Part shown: piece by piece, positions 8,460 through 18,948 of the stretch
How positions within the stretch are numbered: position 1 is the stretch's first letter
How the letters are laid out: every line of letters begins with the position of its first letter
Assembly: GCA_044356455.1 (NCBI GenBank)
Contig: JBIKWF010000006.1
Location: forward strand, 21,018-85,017
Reading direction: 5' to 3'
Length of the DNA: 64,000 nt
DNA from: Bdellovibrionota bacterium
GTDB lineage: Bacteria > Bdellovibrionota_C > UBA2361 > JBGSMV01
Position numbers and translations under genes: made by a program
The notes under the pieces: generated by a model
Databases searched by the model: none
What the model was told of the DNA's origin: nothing
The model's input: the letters and a program-made list of their open reading frames with translations, nothing else

Positions 8460-10049
8460 ATGACTGAATCACTCGTTGCGGAGACCGCACCAGCCTCTCC
8501 CGAAATTCTTCCCACCGGAACCCCTCCTCAAGCTCCAAGCCCCGTTTCGTTTCGAGACCTCACGGACGATGCCGCGGTGCTCGCGGCTCTTGATGCCGTA
8601 GGTTTTACTAAAGCAACTCCGGTACAAGCCTCTTCGCTACCGCTCGCGCTGAAAGGGCGTGACCTCATGTTGCAGGCGAAAACCGGTAGCGGAAAGACTC
8701 TCACCTTTGTCTTACCCATGCTTTCACTCCTCGCGTCGACCACCAACGCGAGCGAAACGGTCGCTCTGATTCTTACTCCGACTCGCGAGCTTGCTTCTCA
8801 AATCTGCGTGGTCATTCGTTCTCTCACTAAAAATGTCGAGCCCGTACTCGTCATTGGAGGCATGAGTATTGGCGGCCAAATTCGTGAACTTGCGAATGAT
8901 AGACGAATTGTGGTGGGCACCCCGGGACGCATTCTCGATCTATTGCGCCAGAAGGAGATTTCATTCCGAACCGCCAAGTTCTTTGCGGTCGATGAAGTCG
9001 ACGAAATGTTCTCCATGGATTTTGCCGAAGATGTCCGCGCGATTCTCTCAAGACTTCCCGCTGAGCGTCAGGGTATTTTTGTAAGTGCCACCATCTCGCC
9101 CAAAGTTGAGATGCTCGCAAACAACTTCCTAACGAACCCGGAAAAGATTGTCATTTCAACCCCTGGCGAAGCGTTGCCCCCGGTTGAGCACTTGTATTAC
9201 GAGGTTAAGGGCGAAGTTACCGCAAAGGCTAATGCGCTTTGCGATATCATCGAAACCTACAGCCCACGATCTGCCATTATTTTCTGCAATACAAAGTCTG
9301 ATACAGAACTCGTTCAGGCCTTTCTTGCTCGGAGAGGGTATGACGCCGAGTTTCTCAATTCCGACCTCAATCAACGTCAACGCGATCATATCATGACCAT
9401 GATGCGTGAGGGCAAATTGAGACTCCTCGTCGGAACCGATTTAGCCGCGCGCGGTCTCGACATCGCAGAGCTCGATCTGGTTGTAAACTACGCACTTCCT
9501 GATCAACCTGAAGTCTACGTTCACCGGACTGGAAGAACAGGGCGAGCAGGACGAAGTGGACGAGCAATAAGTTTAATCGGCCCGCAAGATTTTATGGCCT
9601 GGGTTCAAATACGGCGTGTAGCAATTATGGAAATTACCAAACAAGAACTTCCAACCGAAGAAGAAATAACAACCGCCCGCGTCTCGCATCTTCATAGTCT
9701 GCTTCGCGAGCAGGCCGGAGCACTGCAGCCTAAGGACCTGCAACTCGCTACCAAATTCCTCAAGGATGCGGGAGTTGAGGCGCCTACCGAAGATTTGACC
9801 GCGCTCGTCGGAAAACTTTGCACGTTTTTTATTGAGCAAAGTGCATCCACTCACCGCAAAAAGATGGACGCCGCCAGACCTGCCGGAGCTGAGCAGGATG
9901 CAAATGAAGGGCACTCACAGGGGCGTGATGATGGCGCTCGGCGCCACGGCAGTTCTGACAGACAAGGCCCTTCGCGCTCGCGCGGCTCCGACAGAGGCAA
10001 TTCTCGCAGCGGGGGAAGAGGCGGTGGATACGGGGACAGGCGCAGATAG
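8460..10049 (+). CDS. DEAD-box RNA helicase
   Basis: Q motif [47 protein letters not shown]-rich tail. Confidence 0.96.
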   Translation: MTESLVAETAPASPEILPTGTPPQAPSPVSFRDLTDDAAVLAALDAVGFTKATPVQASSLPLALKGRDLMLQAKTGSGKTLTFVLPMLSLLASTTNASETVALILTPTRELASQICVVIRSLTKNVEPVLVIGGMSIGGQIRELANDRRIVVGTPGRILDLLRQKEISFRTAKFFAVDEVDEMFSMDFAEDVRAILSRLPAERQGIFVSATISPKVEMLANNFLTNPEKIVISTPGEALPPVEHLYYEVKGEVTAKANALCDIIETYSPRSAIIFCNTKSDTELVQAFLARRGYDAEFLNSDLNQRQRDHIMTMMREGKLRLLVGTDLAARGLDIAELDLVVNYALPDQPEVYVHRTGRTGRAGRSGRAISLIGPQDFMAWVQIRRVAIMEITKQELPTEEEITTARVSHLHSLLREQAGALQPKDLQLATKFLKDAGVEAPTEDLTALVGKLCTFFIEQSASTHRKKMDAARPAGAEQDANEGHSQGRDDGARRHGSSDRQGPSRSRGSDRGNSRSGGRGGGYGDRRR

Positions 10050-10144
10050 TCCGGTTCAATTGCGGCTTCCAGGCCGAACACCACTTCCGCCCTCGAACCC
10101 ATTGGAAAGAAACGACCGAACTTCACGAGTCCCTTAAAGATAAA

Positions 10145-10309
10145 ATGTCCGCAGCAAGTGCAATTCTTCTTTCCGGAATAGCCGGTCTCGTGACGGGAGC
10201 AATGTTGATGGCAGCGGGAGAGTATGTCTCAGTCCAGTCGCAAGCGGACACTGAGAATGCAGATCTCTCGCGCGAGCGCAAAGAACTAAGGACAACCTTG
10301 CTGCGCTGA
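10145..10309 (+). pseudogene. Internal fragment of a VIT1/CCC1 family transporter
   Basis: Hand translation: [54 protein letters not shown]; hallmark MAAGEYVSV present, both termini missing. Confidence 0.8.
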
Positions 10310-10577
10310 AGGCATCAAGACTAGTGGCCTCTGCAAAGCATCGATACGTACTCCGAGCAATTGAAACTGGTTCCCGAAACGCCGTGACGAGCTTCAGTTA
10401 TCGTCCCCTTCTGGAGCTTGAGCTGTTCATAAGTAGATCAACTCGTCAGGCGAACTCCTTCCTGTTGAGTAATTCTGCGCAACTTCTCCTTCACTCGCTA
10501 CGCAAAACTGCGATGAATCAGGTCAAATGTTACCGACCGAGTTAGTTCCCGTTCCCAGTTAATACTCTGTGAGGAAT

Positions 10578-10593
10578 TGGCAAAAGGCTTGCT
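10578..10593 (+). promoter_or_regulatory. Candidate sigma54 -24/-12 promoter
   Basis: TGGCAAAAGGCTTGCT, exact GG-N10-GC spacing, about 90 bp before the 872-aa ORF. Confidence 0.55.
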
Positions 10594-10680
10594 ACGTCAA
10601 GCGTTGGGATGTCTACGAATCTTGCAGGGTGCCGCAGTGAATTTCAGCGACTCGTAAGATTCGTAGTTCCCTAGGGAGGC

Positions 10681-13299
10681 ATGATGGGCATCTTAAACTT
10701 CACCACTCGATTTCTCTTCGTCATTGCCTCGGCGTTCAGCCGGATAAGAGGAAAACTTGCTTTTTCTTCTCTGCTCCTTTTTGCCCTCTCTACAACGGCG
10801 AGTGCTCAACCAAGAATTTCATTCACCCTCGACTCAAGCTCACTCCATCATGTTCATCTCTTCAGCCTTCGCGGTGGATATGCATGCCTGGTGAGGCGTC
10901 CCGCTCAGCGAGCCAACCTGTTTGGCAGACTATCCCCTCCTCGCCTCGAAGTTGGCGCTCGCTTTAGACAAGTAGTGCAGCTCTCGAGCGCAAGCAAGAC
11001 CGCCAAGAGGATTCGTGCTGCAAGGAAAGCTTGCCAAGCTATGAGCCGCTCTCCGTCGACACCGACTCCGACTCCGACTCCGACTCCGACTCCGACAAAA
11101 ACAGCCTCCCCAACTCCGACACAAGGATCAACTCCAATCCCAGCCCCCCCGCCTCCCGTGGCTATTTCTCACGTCGGCGACGCACCATCGACCGTTCTCG
11201 CCGGAAGCGCTCTTACCATACACGCTGAACTTCTCGACGAATCGGGTACTCGAACGCGCTTCCAGCCTGCGATCAGCACCGCTCTTGAGGTATTTGACAA
11301 TGCTGGGATTCGCCTATCTTCGTCTCAACGCCAAGTAACTGATGGGCACACCAAGTTCACCCTTAATGCTCCGCAGCATAGCGGAAGGTACCTCTTAAGA
11401 CTCTCCTCCCGATCGCCCGACCTACTCCTCGAAACGGCTCTGGTGGTAAACCCCTTGCCCCTCCAGCGGATCATCGTAGCGGACGCTCTTGTTAGGTCCG
11501 TAGCCCTTCACGTGCCCTTTGAGGTTCAAGTGAGGGCTGAGGACCGCTACGGGAACCTAGTTACGGATGACATGCTTCGAATTCGTGTCGGCTCCGGCGA
11601 TGCTCTCCTTGAGGGAGAGACCAGCGCCACACTTCATAACGGTAGTGCCGTTTTTCAAGGACTTAGATTCATCAAAGGTAGCGAGGCCCATCTTGTCATT
11701 GAGAATGCAGATCGCTCAGTCTCAACGAACGTCCCGCCTCTTACCATCGTATCGGGACATACGACCGCATTAGCCTGGGACCCTCTGCCTACTGCTCCCC
11801 TGGGCAACTTGGCTCCCTGGTATCGACTACGTGAATGGACGAGCACGACCAATCCCCTTGCCTGCCAGACAAGTGCCTTCGATGCCGCCATTAAAGTGCG
11901 AGCTCAGGCGGCCAAGTTGCACACTGAGCAAATGCCCGAGGGCTTCCGAACTATTCTCTTTTTCTGGGAAATGACCCCAAGCTGGGAGGACCCGCGTGAT
12001 ACGGTACGAAACGCAGCAGGTGAGGTTCAGGGCTTTCGGGACGCTCACGGAACGTTTCGGCCTTACCTTAGCCCGTGGTGGGACAACGGGGCACTCGAGT
12101 CTCGCTGCCGTGTGGTGAAGTTCCTCGATGAGTTTCATCGACTTGGGGGAGTCCTTGATTACGCTATCTTGGACACCGAGCGCTCCATGAGTAATTGGCA
12201 CATGGATCTATTGGCAAGCGAACGTTACGGGGCGAACACCAGCCAGGTTTCCTCTCAGGTGGCCGAAGATCTCCGGCTTGCCTACTACGCCGCCATGGAG
12301 GCCGATCCGCGCATGGACCAGGTCGACTCGACTTCGTTTGGGTTCACCGACCTACGCCCCCTTCGAACCCAACTTAGTCAGGGCAGTCTCACGCAGCATG
12401 TCGCTCGTTGGAATTCGAGTGCCGTTCGTGACGGGCCACACCGCAACGCCTATCTGCAGTGGAATCAACTCATGCAGCAGCGTGCCACACGCTATAAGAA
12501 TTTCGCCCTCTTTGAGCCACTTCGGGCGCGCTATCCAAACATTAAGTTGAGTGAATACGAGTCGTACCTCTCGATGCCGGAACACAACCTTCCTGACAGC
12601 AACGGCCATCAGGTTTCACTCTTTTCTGGCCCTGATCAAGAGGTAGTGGGAAACCTGCAGACAAAACCGCTCTACGGGGTACTCCGTGACTATGTCTTTT
12701 TCAACGTGCGCACCCCGCGTCTCATCTATCAAGGGACACCTTTTAATGCCATTCGTCTGAACCTGAACCATGTTCGAAGCGCAACCTTGACGCGTCCCGA
12801 CATACCCTTTCAGCCCTGGTTTGCTTACCGAAGCTTTGGCTCGCAGCCCGCGGTTGACGCTTGTGCCAACTGCCGACTTGATGACAGCGATTACTACTTC
12901 GAGCTCGTCTATCACACCCTCCTCACCAGCACCGCCCCACCGCTCTTTTGGAACCCGGTCGGACTATCCACTGCCCCCGATGTTGAGGTCATGAGCGAGC
13001 TTCTGGTCGAGTATGATCGTGTCGCACGCCACTCAGTGAATCGAGAGCCAGCAGTGACAGACCTGATTGGTTGGGAGAAAGATTATGCTCTTAGCGCCGA
13101 GGAAACAGACTACGGGACGATCTATCGCTATACGCCGAAACTGGAGGAGAGTGCCTCGATAGACACTCTAATTGAGTCCTACGAACCTGCCACACTCCGA
13201 ACTCCCTCAGGCGAGCGTCTTCATTTCCCTCGCGGTCGCGTTGAACGCGATGCTCTTTCAGGGAAAGGAGCGTGGATTGTTGAGCGTCGCTACGACTGA
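10681..13299 (+). CDS. Large secreted protein: Pro/Thr linker, Ig-like domains, possible glycoside-hydrolase-like C-terminal domain
   Basis: GGGAGG RBS, signal peptide ending ASA, (PT)n linker, beta-rich segments with EDRYGN, aromatic-rich C-terminal domain with YAILDTE. Confidence 0.75.
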   Translation: MMGILNFTTRFLFVIASAFSRIRGKLAFSSLLLFALSTTASAQPRISFTLDSSSLHHVHLFSLRGGYACLVRRPAQRANLFGRLSPPRLEVGARFRQVVQLSSASKTAKRIRAARKACQAMSRSPSTPTPTPTPTPTPTKTASPTPTQGSTPIPAPPPPVAISHVGDAPSTVLAGSALTIHAELLDESGTRTRFQPAISTALEVFDNAGIRLSSSQRQVTDGHTKFTLNAPQHSGRYLLRLSSRSPDLLLETALVVNPLPLQRIIVADALVRSVALHVPFEVQVRAEDRYGNLVTDDMLRIRVGSGDALLEGETSATLHNGSAVFQGLRFIKGSEAHLVIENADRSVSTNVPPLTIVSGHTTALAWDPLPTAPLGNLAPWYRLREWTSTTNPLACQTSAFDAAIKVRAQAAKLHTEQMPEGFRTILFFWEMTPSWEDPRDTVRNAAGEVQGFRDAHGTFRPYLSPWWDNGALESRCRVVKFLDEFHRLGGVLDYAILDTERSMSNWHMDLLASERYGANTSQVSSQVAEDLRLAYYAAMEADPRMDQVDSTSFGFTDLRPLRTQLSQGSLTQHVARWNSSAVRDGPHRNAYLQWNQLMQQRATRYKNFALFEPLRARYPNIKLSEYESYLSMPEHNLPDSNGHQVSLFSGPDQEVVGNLQTKPLYGVLRDYVFFNVRTPRLIYQGTPFNAIRLNLNHVRSATLTRPDIPFQPWFAYRSFGSQPAVDACANCRLDDSDYYFELVYHTLLTSTAPPLFWNPVGLSTAPDVEVMSELLVEYDRVARHSVNREPAVTDLIGWEKDYALSAEETDYGTIYRYTPKLEESASIDTLIESYEPATLRTPSGERLHFPRGRVERDALSGKGAWIVERRYD
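11062..11096 (+). repeat. (CCGACT)n coding microsatellite for the PT linker
   Basis: Nearly six perfect hexamers, in frame. Confidence 0.9.
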
Positions 13300-13964
13300 T
13301 CTGCGCGAAGGCTACTGGTGATTTATGGCGCAACCCGATCTTAAGCCCTTCTTACTCAGGGGTCTCAAACGCTTGTCGGTAAGGTGGCAAGAAATAGGTA
13401 TCTAACTCTACATGAATCGCTTCAAATCGCTTCGCACGATCGACGTTAAGGAGTACGGTGCGATGGCCACCTACGCAGCGCCCTGTCATAATTTTCTTGA
13501 GACTCGACAAAGCTGGAGGCGACGCTCATCAACGAGCGTTGCGGGCTGGACGCCATCAGGTCGCCGTCCCTTATATCGGAGAATACACGCAAAAGCTTTG
13601 CGCGTAGTCTCCCAGGGATTTCTATGTGCTCATGAGCCTAGCGAGAGTACCTATCCTTTATCTGTTGGAATTTCTCCCCCGGCGCGACTCTCACCGCTGG
13701 AGTCGGGGCCTTGTCGGGGGGCTTGGGGAATGTCGTGAAAAGGGTCGCCACAATCGTTATTTAACCCACGCTGGGCAAGCCAATCTGCGTGAGAAATAGT
13801 CTCACGAAGTTGCGGGGCTATCTGCGGCAAGGTAGGAGGGCCAAGACCATCTGGTCGCTCTTCTCTGTTTTTCGCTACGGATTCATCTGGGCTGCAAGCA
13901 CTCATATAAGCACACAGTGGAAAAGTGATGGTGTTAAAGGCTACTTTCCATCCTTCTCTTTTAA

Positions 13965-14594
13965 CTACGGTAACGCTCTCTCCGCCTGAGAAACAAGACA
14001 GCGTAGCCGAATGAGCACCTCATCTGCCGCAGCATGAAGAAGAATCAACGGCTGCGCACGAATCCAACGAACTGCAGCGTTGGCAAACCTAAGGCCTTCT
14101 AAGGAAGCTAATTCCCCTCTCTCCGACTTAAGAACTGATAGCAGATCGCTGAGGTGGCTTAGTTTCTGTGGCACTGACTCGAGCTCAAAAAGCTGCTTAC
14201 TGAGAGTGCATATCGTGAATTCCAGCTCTACTCTGTCAGCTCGCAAGGGATTAGCCCCCCGATTAATCGCAGCTTCAAGATCCGAGAGCACTTTTTGAGC
14301 CTCGACAAGGGCGCTCTGCTCTGCGTCTTTAGTCAAATCTCCCTCGGAGTTAAAACTCAAAACGGATAAGTCTGACGCTGTGGTCATTGGCCCAAAGCAT
14401 ACCGTCTTCTTTTGCGCGTCGCTAATGATCTGGACGAGACCCTGAGAGCTGTGGTGAATGGTCAACGATCGACCTGCAGGGCAGCGTAGGTGTATCGCTT
14501 GTTCACCTGAGGGACTGCCATGGTGCTCAGCCAAGCGCATCATCGTTTCTGAGATGGGCTTGGAGTGCGCACGTAGTTTAGTCGGCGATAGCAT
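13965..14594 (-). CDS. Hypothetical protein
   Basis: 209-aa ORF co-oriented with its neighbours; helical C-terminus; no recognised motif. Confidence 0.55.
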   Translation of the reverse strand: MLSPTKLRAHSKPISETMMRLAEHHGSPSGEQAIHLRCPAGRSLTIHHSSQGLVQIISDAQKKTVCFGPMTTASDLSVLSFNSEGDLTKDAEQSALVEAQKVLSDLEAAINRGANPLRADRVELEFTICTLSKQLFELESVPQKLSHLSDLLSVLKSERGELASLEGLRFANAAVRWIRAQPLILLHAAADEVLIRLRCLVSQAERALP

Positions 14595-14718
14595 ACAATC
14601 AGCGGAACGCTTTTTAGGCCTCGATTGTGCGTGGCGAGTGTTCGCGTTTCAATCCCGACGTTTTAGGGGGCTGCCTCATGTCCAATTGTTACCGAGTCCC
14701 TGACAGCTTAGGATCGCT

Positions 14719-15981
14719 TTAGAAATCCCACCGAAGCAATTTTTTGGTTCGATCATCGTCGGCTGTTTGCAGAACTCCAAGAAGCTCCCCGAGATCTCCC
14801 ACATTTACAGCCAGTTGGACGACTGCTTCAACCTTCCCCCAAAAGCCCCCAAGTTTCCAGAGGCTGCGTATGAACGATGCCCGAGCGTCTAGCGGTATGA
14901 AGTCTCCTTGCGTCCGTGCTTTACGCACTACCTCGCTCATGAGATTCAAGTCTGTCCGGTCACCGAATTCTGACAAATAGAGCAGGGCCAGAAATTGGGA
15001 ATCGTGCTGAGCCCCGATAAGCTTACGAAGAAGAGTGAGGCCCTCCATTCGTTGATTGGGTTCCCTTGTAATGTGTCCAACTTTGCAAAGTAGGAGTTCG
15101 ACCAGTCGATGAGGTAATTGTTCACTGAGTAGGCACTCACGAATTTGGGGGAGCGTGGATGCGTCAAGGCTTTTTAGGTGGCTCAGTGCTTGCTTGTGCT
15201 TGTAGGAACTCCAACTGTTCGAAAAACAGGGCATCCGAGAAAATGCCTCAACTCTTACGAGAGAGGCAAATTCTCTTGCTACTTCACGCACCATTTCACA
15301 TTTGCTCGCCGGAACAAATACTACCAGATTGCAAGGTTGCACCGGAGAAATGGCGCATTCAAGCGATACTGCCCCTTTCTCCATCATACGCCATGAGAAC
15401 CCCTCATGCGGAGCCACCCCATATATCACGGGGAATGGGTTGCGAATTAGCTGTTGCTCAGTTGCAGAGAGCGTTGGCCACGTTCTCTGCCGCTCTGTTT
15501 CGATATACTGGCGAAGCTGTTCGAACGGCAGCTGCGAAGGGTCTGAGAAAAGCGTCGCCTCTTGCTTGGAAGACTTGATAACATTCGGTTGATCACGAGC
15601 TGGTTGCCATGCCTTCTCAGTCAAATTCGCAAGAGCATACTCGATCGCCCCTTCGGGGCGCTCTTGCCACACAGCAGACACCAAGTGGTTATTGACTCCA
15701 CGGTCTGGTACCAGCCCGAATTCTAGCTCTCCACCGAAGGGCACTGAGCGGGAACGAAGCAACTGGCCACTTGGCTGCAGCCCTGCACGCAATACTCCCG
15801 CGAGACTCGCCGAGCCTGAGCCGTGGTAGCAGATAAGAGGGGCATCATCCGGAACTTTCTCACCTGCGCCGGGGTTGTCGCGCTTTAATCCGCTCAAAAC
15901 GAGCAGACTAAGATCGAAATCTGCTTGCTGCGTAGTTGAGGTTAGTCGCGAGCCACGATGGTCGCGTCCCTGTTCTGGCAT
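14719..15981 (-). CDS. Hypothetical protein with ADP-ribosyltransferase-like motif pattern and helical repeat C-terminus
   Basis: CYHGSGS...GVLRAGL, AIEYA, PVIYGV, SLECAI; start moved to MPEQG (uncertain, ORF open to 16128). Confidence 0.6.
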   Translation of the reverse strand: MPEQGRDHRGSRLTSTTQQADFDLSLLVLSGLKRDNPGAGEKVPDDAPLICYHGSGSASLAGVLRAGLQPSGQLLRSRSVPFGGELEFGLVPDRGVNNHLVSAVWQERPEGAIEYALANLTEKAWQPARDQPNVIKSSKQEATLFSDPSQLPFEQLRQYIETERQRTWPTLSATEQQLIRNPFPVIYGVAPHEGFSWRMMEKGAVSLECAISPVQPCNLVVFVPASKCEMVREVAREFASLVRVEAFSRMPCFSNSWSSYKHKQALSHLKSLDASTLPQIRECLLSEQLPHRLVELLLCKVGHITREPNQRMEGLTLLRKLIGAQHDSQFLALLYLSEFGDRTDLNLMSEVVRKARTQGDFIPLDARASFIRSLWKLGGFWGKVEAVVQLAVNVGDLGELLGVLQTADDDRTKKLLRWDF

Positions 15982-16181
15982 AGATTGGTGATTGTTGCTT
16001 AACACGTGCTCGTTATGACGATGTAACGGGCAGGCGGTGCCCGATAATCCGATTACGACATGCCTCAAAGCAATGTTACCAAAGAGCAGTTGCTTAAGCT
16101 GTTGAAGCCTCTCCCTTCCAGATATCAAAGATTTACAACAATCAGAGCCACGGAACGGAGTGCCGCCGGTGTGCTAAGCCG

Positions 16182-17309
16182 TTATCTAGCCCCTCCAAAA
16201 AGTCGCTCGCCATGAGTACTGGGGACGAAAGACTCCTCAGGCAGTCTTATTTCAGAGGGCGGCTTAGAGTCATAAACAATCACCGCCAGGGAATCTGCGG
16301 GCCGGAGCTGAAGATAGCCCTTGCTCACCTCCTCAAGGTTCTCTAGCGGCCCTGCGGTCACCACCACGATGGGATGCTGCTTCGCCACACTCAGCAGATT
16401 ATGAACGACAGCCTTGAGAGCATTTCCCACAAACGGAGCATCAAGAAAGAACTTGTTCGCTCCACTGAGATCAGCAAAACGAGGATCCTCGCTGCTGAAC
16501 GAAGTTCGGCGAATGCTTAAGGCTTTACACCTTGCGCGGGACTCATCAGCGAGGCCTGAATCATACTCATACCCCCGCACCATCTTTGCCACGCTCAAGA
16601 CCGCTGCAAGAGCCACAAAATCCCCCACTCCACTACCCAATTGAACAAGGACATCCTTTCTCGACAGTTCAAGGGCACCCAGGGCTCGCATGCTCGTGTG
16701 AACAGGCGTGCGGCAGACCTCCTGAAAACCATGCGGAACTGGAAGCGAGTTCCTAGGCTTTCGGGGAAGTTCGAAAACTTGCTCGGCTAGCACATCTGCC
16801 GAGCGCAGCCAAGGGATTGTGCCCTCTTGATTTCGTAGCGTCTTATGGAGAGCCGCCGCAAAGAGGGCGCCCCCGGAAGCAAGTCCAGCCTTAAGGGGCG
16901 CAACTTCGCGTTCCATCTCTAGGGCCGCTCCGTTCGCAATCGCTCCCATAGCAGCCGCCACTACAGAAAAGCGCTTCGCGAACTGAGGCGCAATAATCCT
17001 ATCATCGACGGCTTCACTGGCTCTCGAAAGCGCCCCAAGAATAGAATCCTTTTCAAAAAGCGAGCGTCTCGTAAGAGATTGTTGACCAAGGAAGCTTACT
17101 CCTTCCTCAAGCTTAGTCAGAGCGGCCTCCTGCTCAGGGGCGAGAAAGGAATTGTCGAAATCTGTGGCTGCTGACTCAAGAGAGGAAAGAACTGTCTCAA
17201 GCGAACAAGCCTGAAGCTCTCTATCTCTGCGGCCATGAACAGAGTGTTTCAGATCAGAATGCCTGGATGCCTTTTCTAACCTCGCGTGATTTCGTGCGAC
17301 CTGTGTCAT
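16182..17309 (-). CDS. Class I SAM-dependent methyltransferase-like protein (DOT1-like, degenerate)
   Basis: DVLVQLGSGVG (motif I, D->Q), VRGYEYD, ADLSGANKFFLDAPF. Confidence 0.7.
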   Translation of the reverse strand: MTQVARNHARLEKASRHSDLKHSVHGRRDRELQACSLETVLSSLESAATDFDNSFLAPEQEAALTKLEEGVSFLGQQSLTRRSLFEKDSILGALSRASEAVDDRIIAPQFAKRFSVVAAAMGAIANGAALEMEREVAPLKAGLASGGALFAAALHKTLRNQEGTIPWLRSADVLAEQVFELPRKPRNSLPVPHGFQEVCRTPVHTSMRALGALELSRKDVLVQLGSGVGDFVALAAVLSVAKMVRGYEYDSGLADESRARCKALSIRRTSFSSEDPRFADLSGANKFFLDAPFVGNALKAVVHNLLSVAKQHPIVVVTAGPLENLEEVSKGYLQLRPADSLAVIVYDSKPPSEIRLPEESFVPSTHGERLFGGAR

Positions 17310-17392
17310 TTTGCCTTTAACGCCATGAATGCGTGGAACTGACCCCGAGTATACCGAGCGTCAGGAGTAGGTTAGCGAAGCGCACGTCCCAA

Positions 17393-18388
17393 TCAAGCGC
17401 CAGTGTCCGAAATAGGACAAAAGGCGCCCTTCTCCCGCAAGAACTGCAAGATTCGTTCGTCCTGCCATCTTGGAAATCTGCGCGAGAACTGCGCAAAGGC
17501 GACATGTCCGCCATAATCTGAGAGCTCAAGCCACACTCTCTGCAAATCGCGCACCTCGTTCACTGGGTGGCATGCCGGCCCAAGAAAGGGATCGTCGCGA
17601 GAATTGAGGATTAGCGTGGGCACGGTTATGCCGCTTAGAAACTGAGCAGCTGAACACTTTTGATAGTAGTCCTGGGCACACTTAAAGCCATGCAGCGGAG
17701 CAATATATTCTTCATCACACTGCCTAATGGTCTTGCAAAGCCGTAGACGCGAAGTAGCGATGAGCGCAGGATACTTTTGGTGTTTTAGCTTAATCCTGCG
17801 GTGGATATGAGAGACAATATGCCTGGAATAGAGGTAATTTCCCGGAGCTTCCATTTTTAAAGAGGCAGCCTCAAGGTTACAGGGCGCAGAAACTGCCACC
17901 GCGGCTGAGACTGAAGGCCGCGATCCATGCCGAGCTTCCCCAAGGTACTTGAGGACAAGATTAGCACCCAAGCTGAAACCCACGAGCGCGGTGGAAGAAT
18001 AGACTCCCTTGGATCGCACGCATTGAAGCACCGTCTCAAGGTCCTCCGTAGCTCCGCTATGATAAAGCCTACTAGTGCAATTTGGCTCTCCACTGCAACC
18101 ACGGCAGTTCCAGGCAAGCACGTCGAGCCCCGCTTCCGTCGCACGCTCTGCAAGAGAGCACACGTAGGGGCTACGAGAGCTCCCCACTATTCCATGGCAG
18201 ATAACAAGCAGTGATTCAGATCCTCTCCTCACCCAATCAAGATCGAGAAAGTCCTCGTCGGGAGTGCGTATTCTTTCTCTCGAATAGGCAGGTATTCCTG
18301 CTGGGGCATATGCCCCCCAAAGGGTGTTCACATGCGCATTTCGCAGCAGCAAAGAGGCACGATAGGAGGGAGATAGTACAAGGGGCAC
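17393..18388 (-). CDS. YheT-family alpha/beta hydrolase
   Basis: PDEDFLDLDW, HGIVGSS, YHSGATED, GFSLG, DDPF, GGHV. Confidence 0.92.
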   Translation of the reverse strand: MPLVLSPSYRASLLLRNAHVNTLWGAYAPAGIPAYSRERIRTPDEDFLDLDWVRRGSESLLVICHGIVGSSRSPYVCSLAERATEAGLDVLAWNCRGCSGEPNCTSRLYHSGATEDLETVLQCVRSKGVYSSTALVGFSLGANLVLKYLGEARHGSRPSVSAAVAVSAPCNLEAASLKMEAPGNYLYSRHIVSHIHRRIKLKHQKYPALIATSRLRLCKTIRQCDEEYIAPLHGFKCAQDYYQKCSAAQFLSGITVPTLILNSRDDPFLGPACHPVNEVRDLQRVWLELSDYGGHVAFAQFSRRFPRWQDERILQFLREKGAFCPISDTGA

Positions 18389-18505
18389 AGGACCTCGTTC
18401 TCACACAGTCCTGCAGCTTCAGGCAGGCATCCATTTCCAGTACCCCAGCATAGTTTCACTCCCACAAGTATTGCGCTATCCTCTCCTAGGGCTCTGGGGG
18501 GAACA

Positions 18506-18907
18506 TTGATGTCTCTGCGCACTCTTTTCATTATTCTTGCGGTTGTCTACTTCATTTCTCCGTTCGATCTCATTCCTGATCGATTTGGCTGGCTTTCTAG
18601 AATTGATGACTTCGCGGTGATGCTCTACCTGTGGTGGAAGTATAATAAGATTGCCAGTCACAAGGCGTCAGGAGCTGAAACAGAAAAGGCAAAGCCCCAC
18701 GCTGAGACTCCCCCAGTTCCTAGATCTCCGGAGGAGGTTCTCAATATTCAAAAGGGAGCGACACAGGACGAAATTGAATCAAGTTACCGGAGGCTCATGA
18801 GCCAATACCACCCCGACAAGGTTACCCACCTTGGGCCGGATCTTCAGAAGCTCGCGCATGAGAAAACAATTGAAATTCAAAGAGCGTACGAAGAGCTTAC
18901 TCGTTAA
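18506..18907 (+). CDS. DUF1232-like membrane anchor fused to a C-terminal J domain
   Basis: YFISPFDLIPD...IDD then YHPDKV...EIQRAYE. Confidence 0.88.
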   Translation: MMSLRTLFIILAVVYFISPFDLIPDRFGWLSRIDDFAVMLYLWWKYNKIASHKASGAETEKAKPHAETPPVPRSPEEVLNIQKGATQDEIESSYRRLMSQYHPDKVTHLGPDLQKLAHEKTIEIQRAYEELTR

Positions 18908-18948
18908 GTAACATCTGAGAGCGGCACCCCTTTGCCCGCACTCAAGAG

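Noticed and set aside
11031..11228. SD-repeat ORF (DSDSDSD)
   Set aside because: Alternative frame of the CCGACT microsatellite encoding the PT linker
13651..13905. 84-aa minus-strand ORF
   Set aside because: Low complexity, no motif, competing overlapping ORFs; not enough support to call
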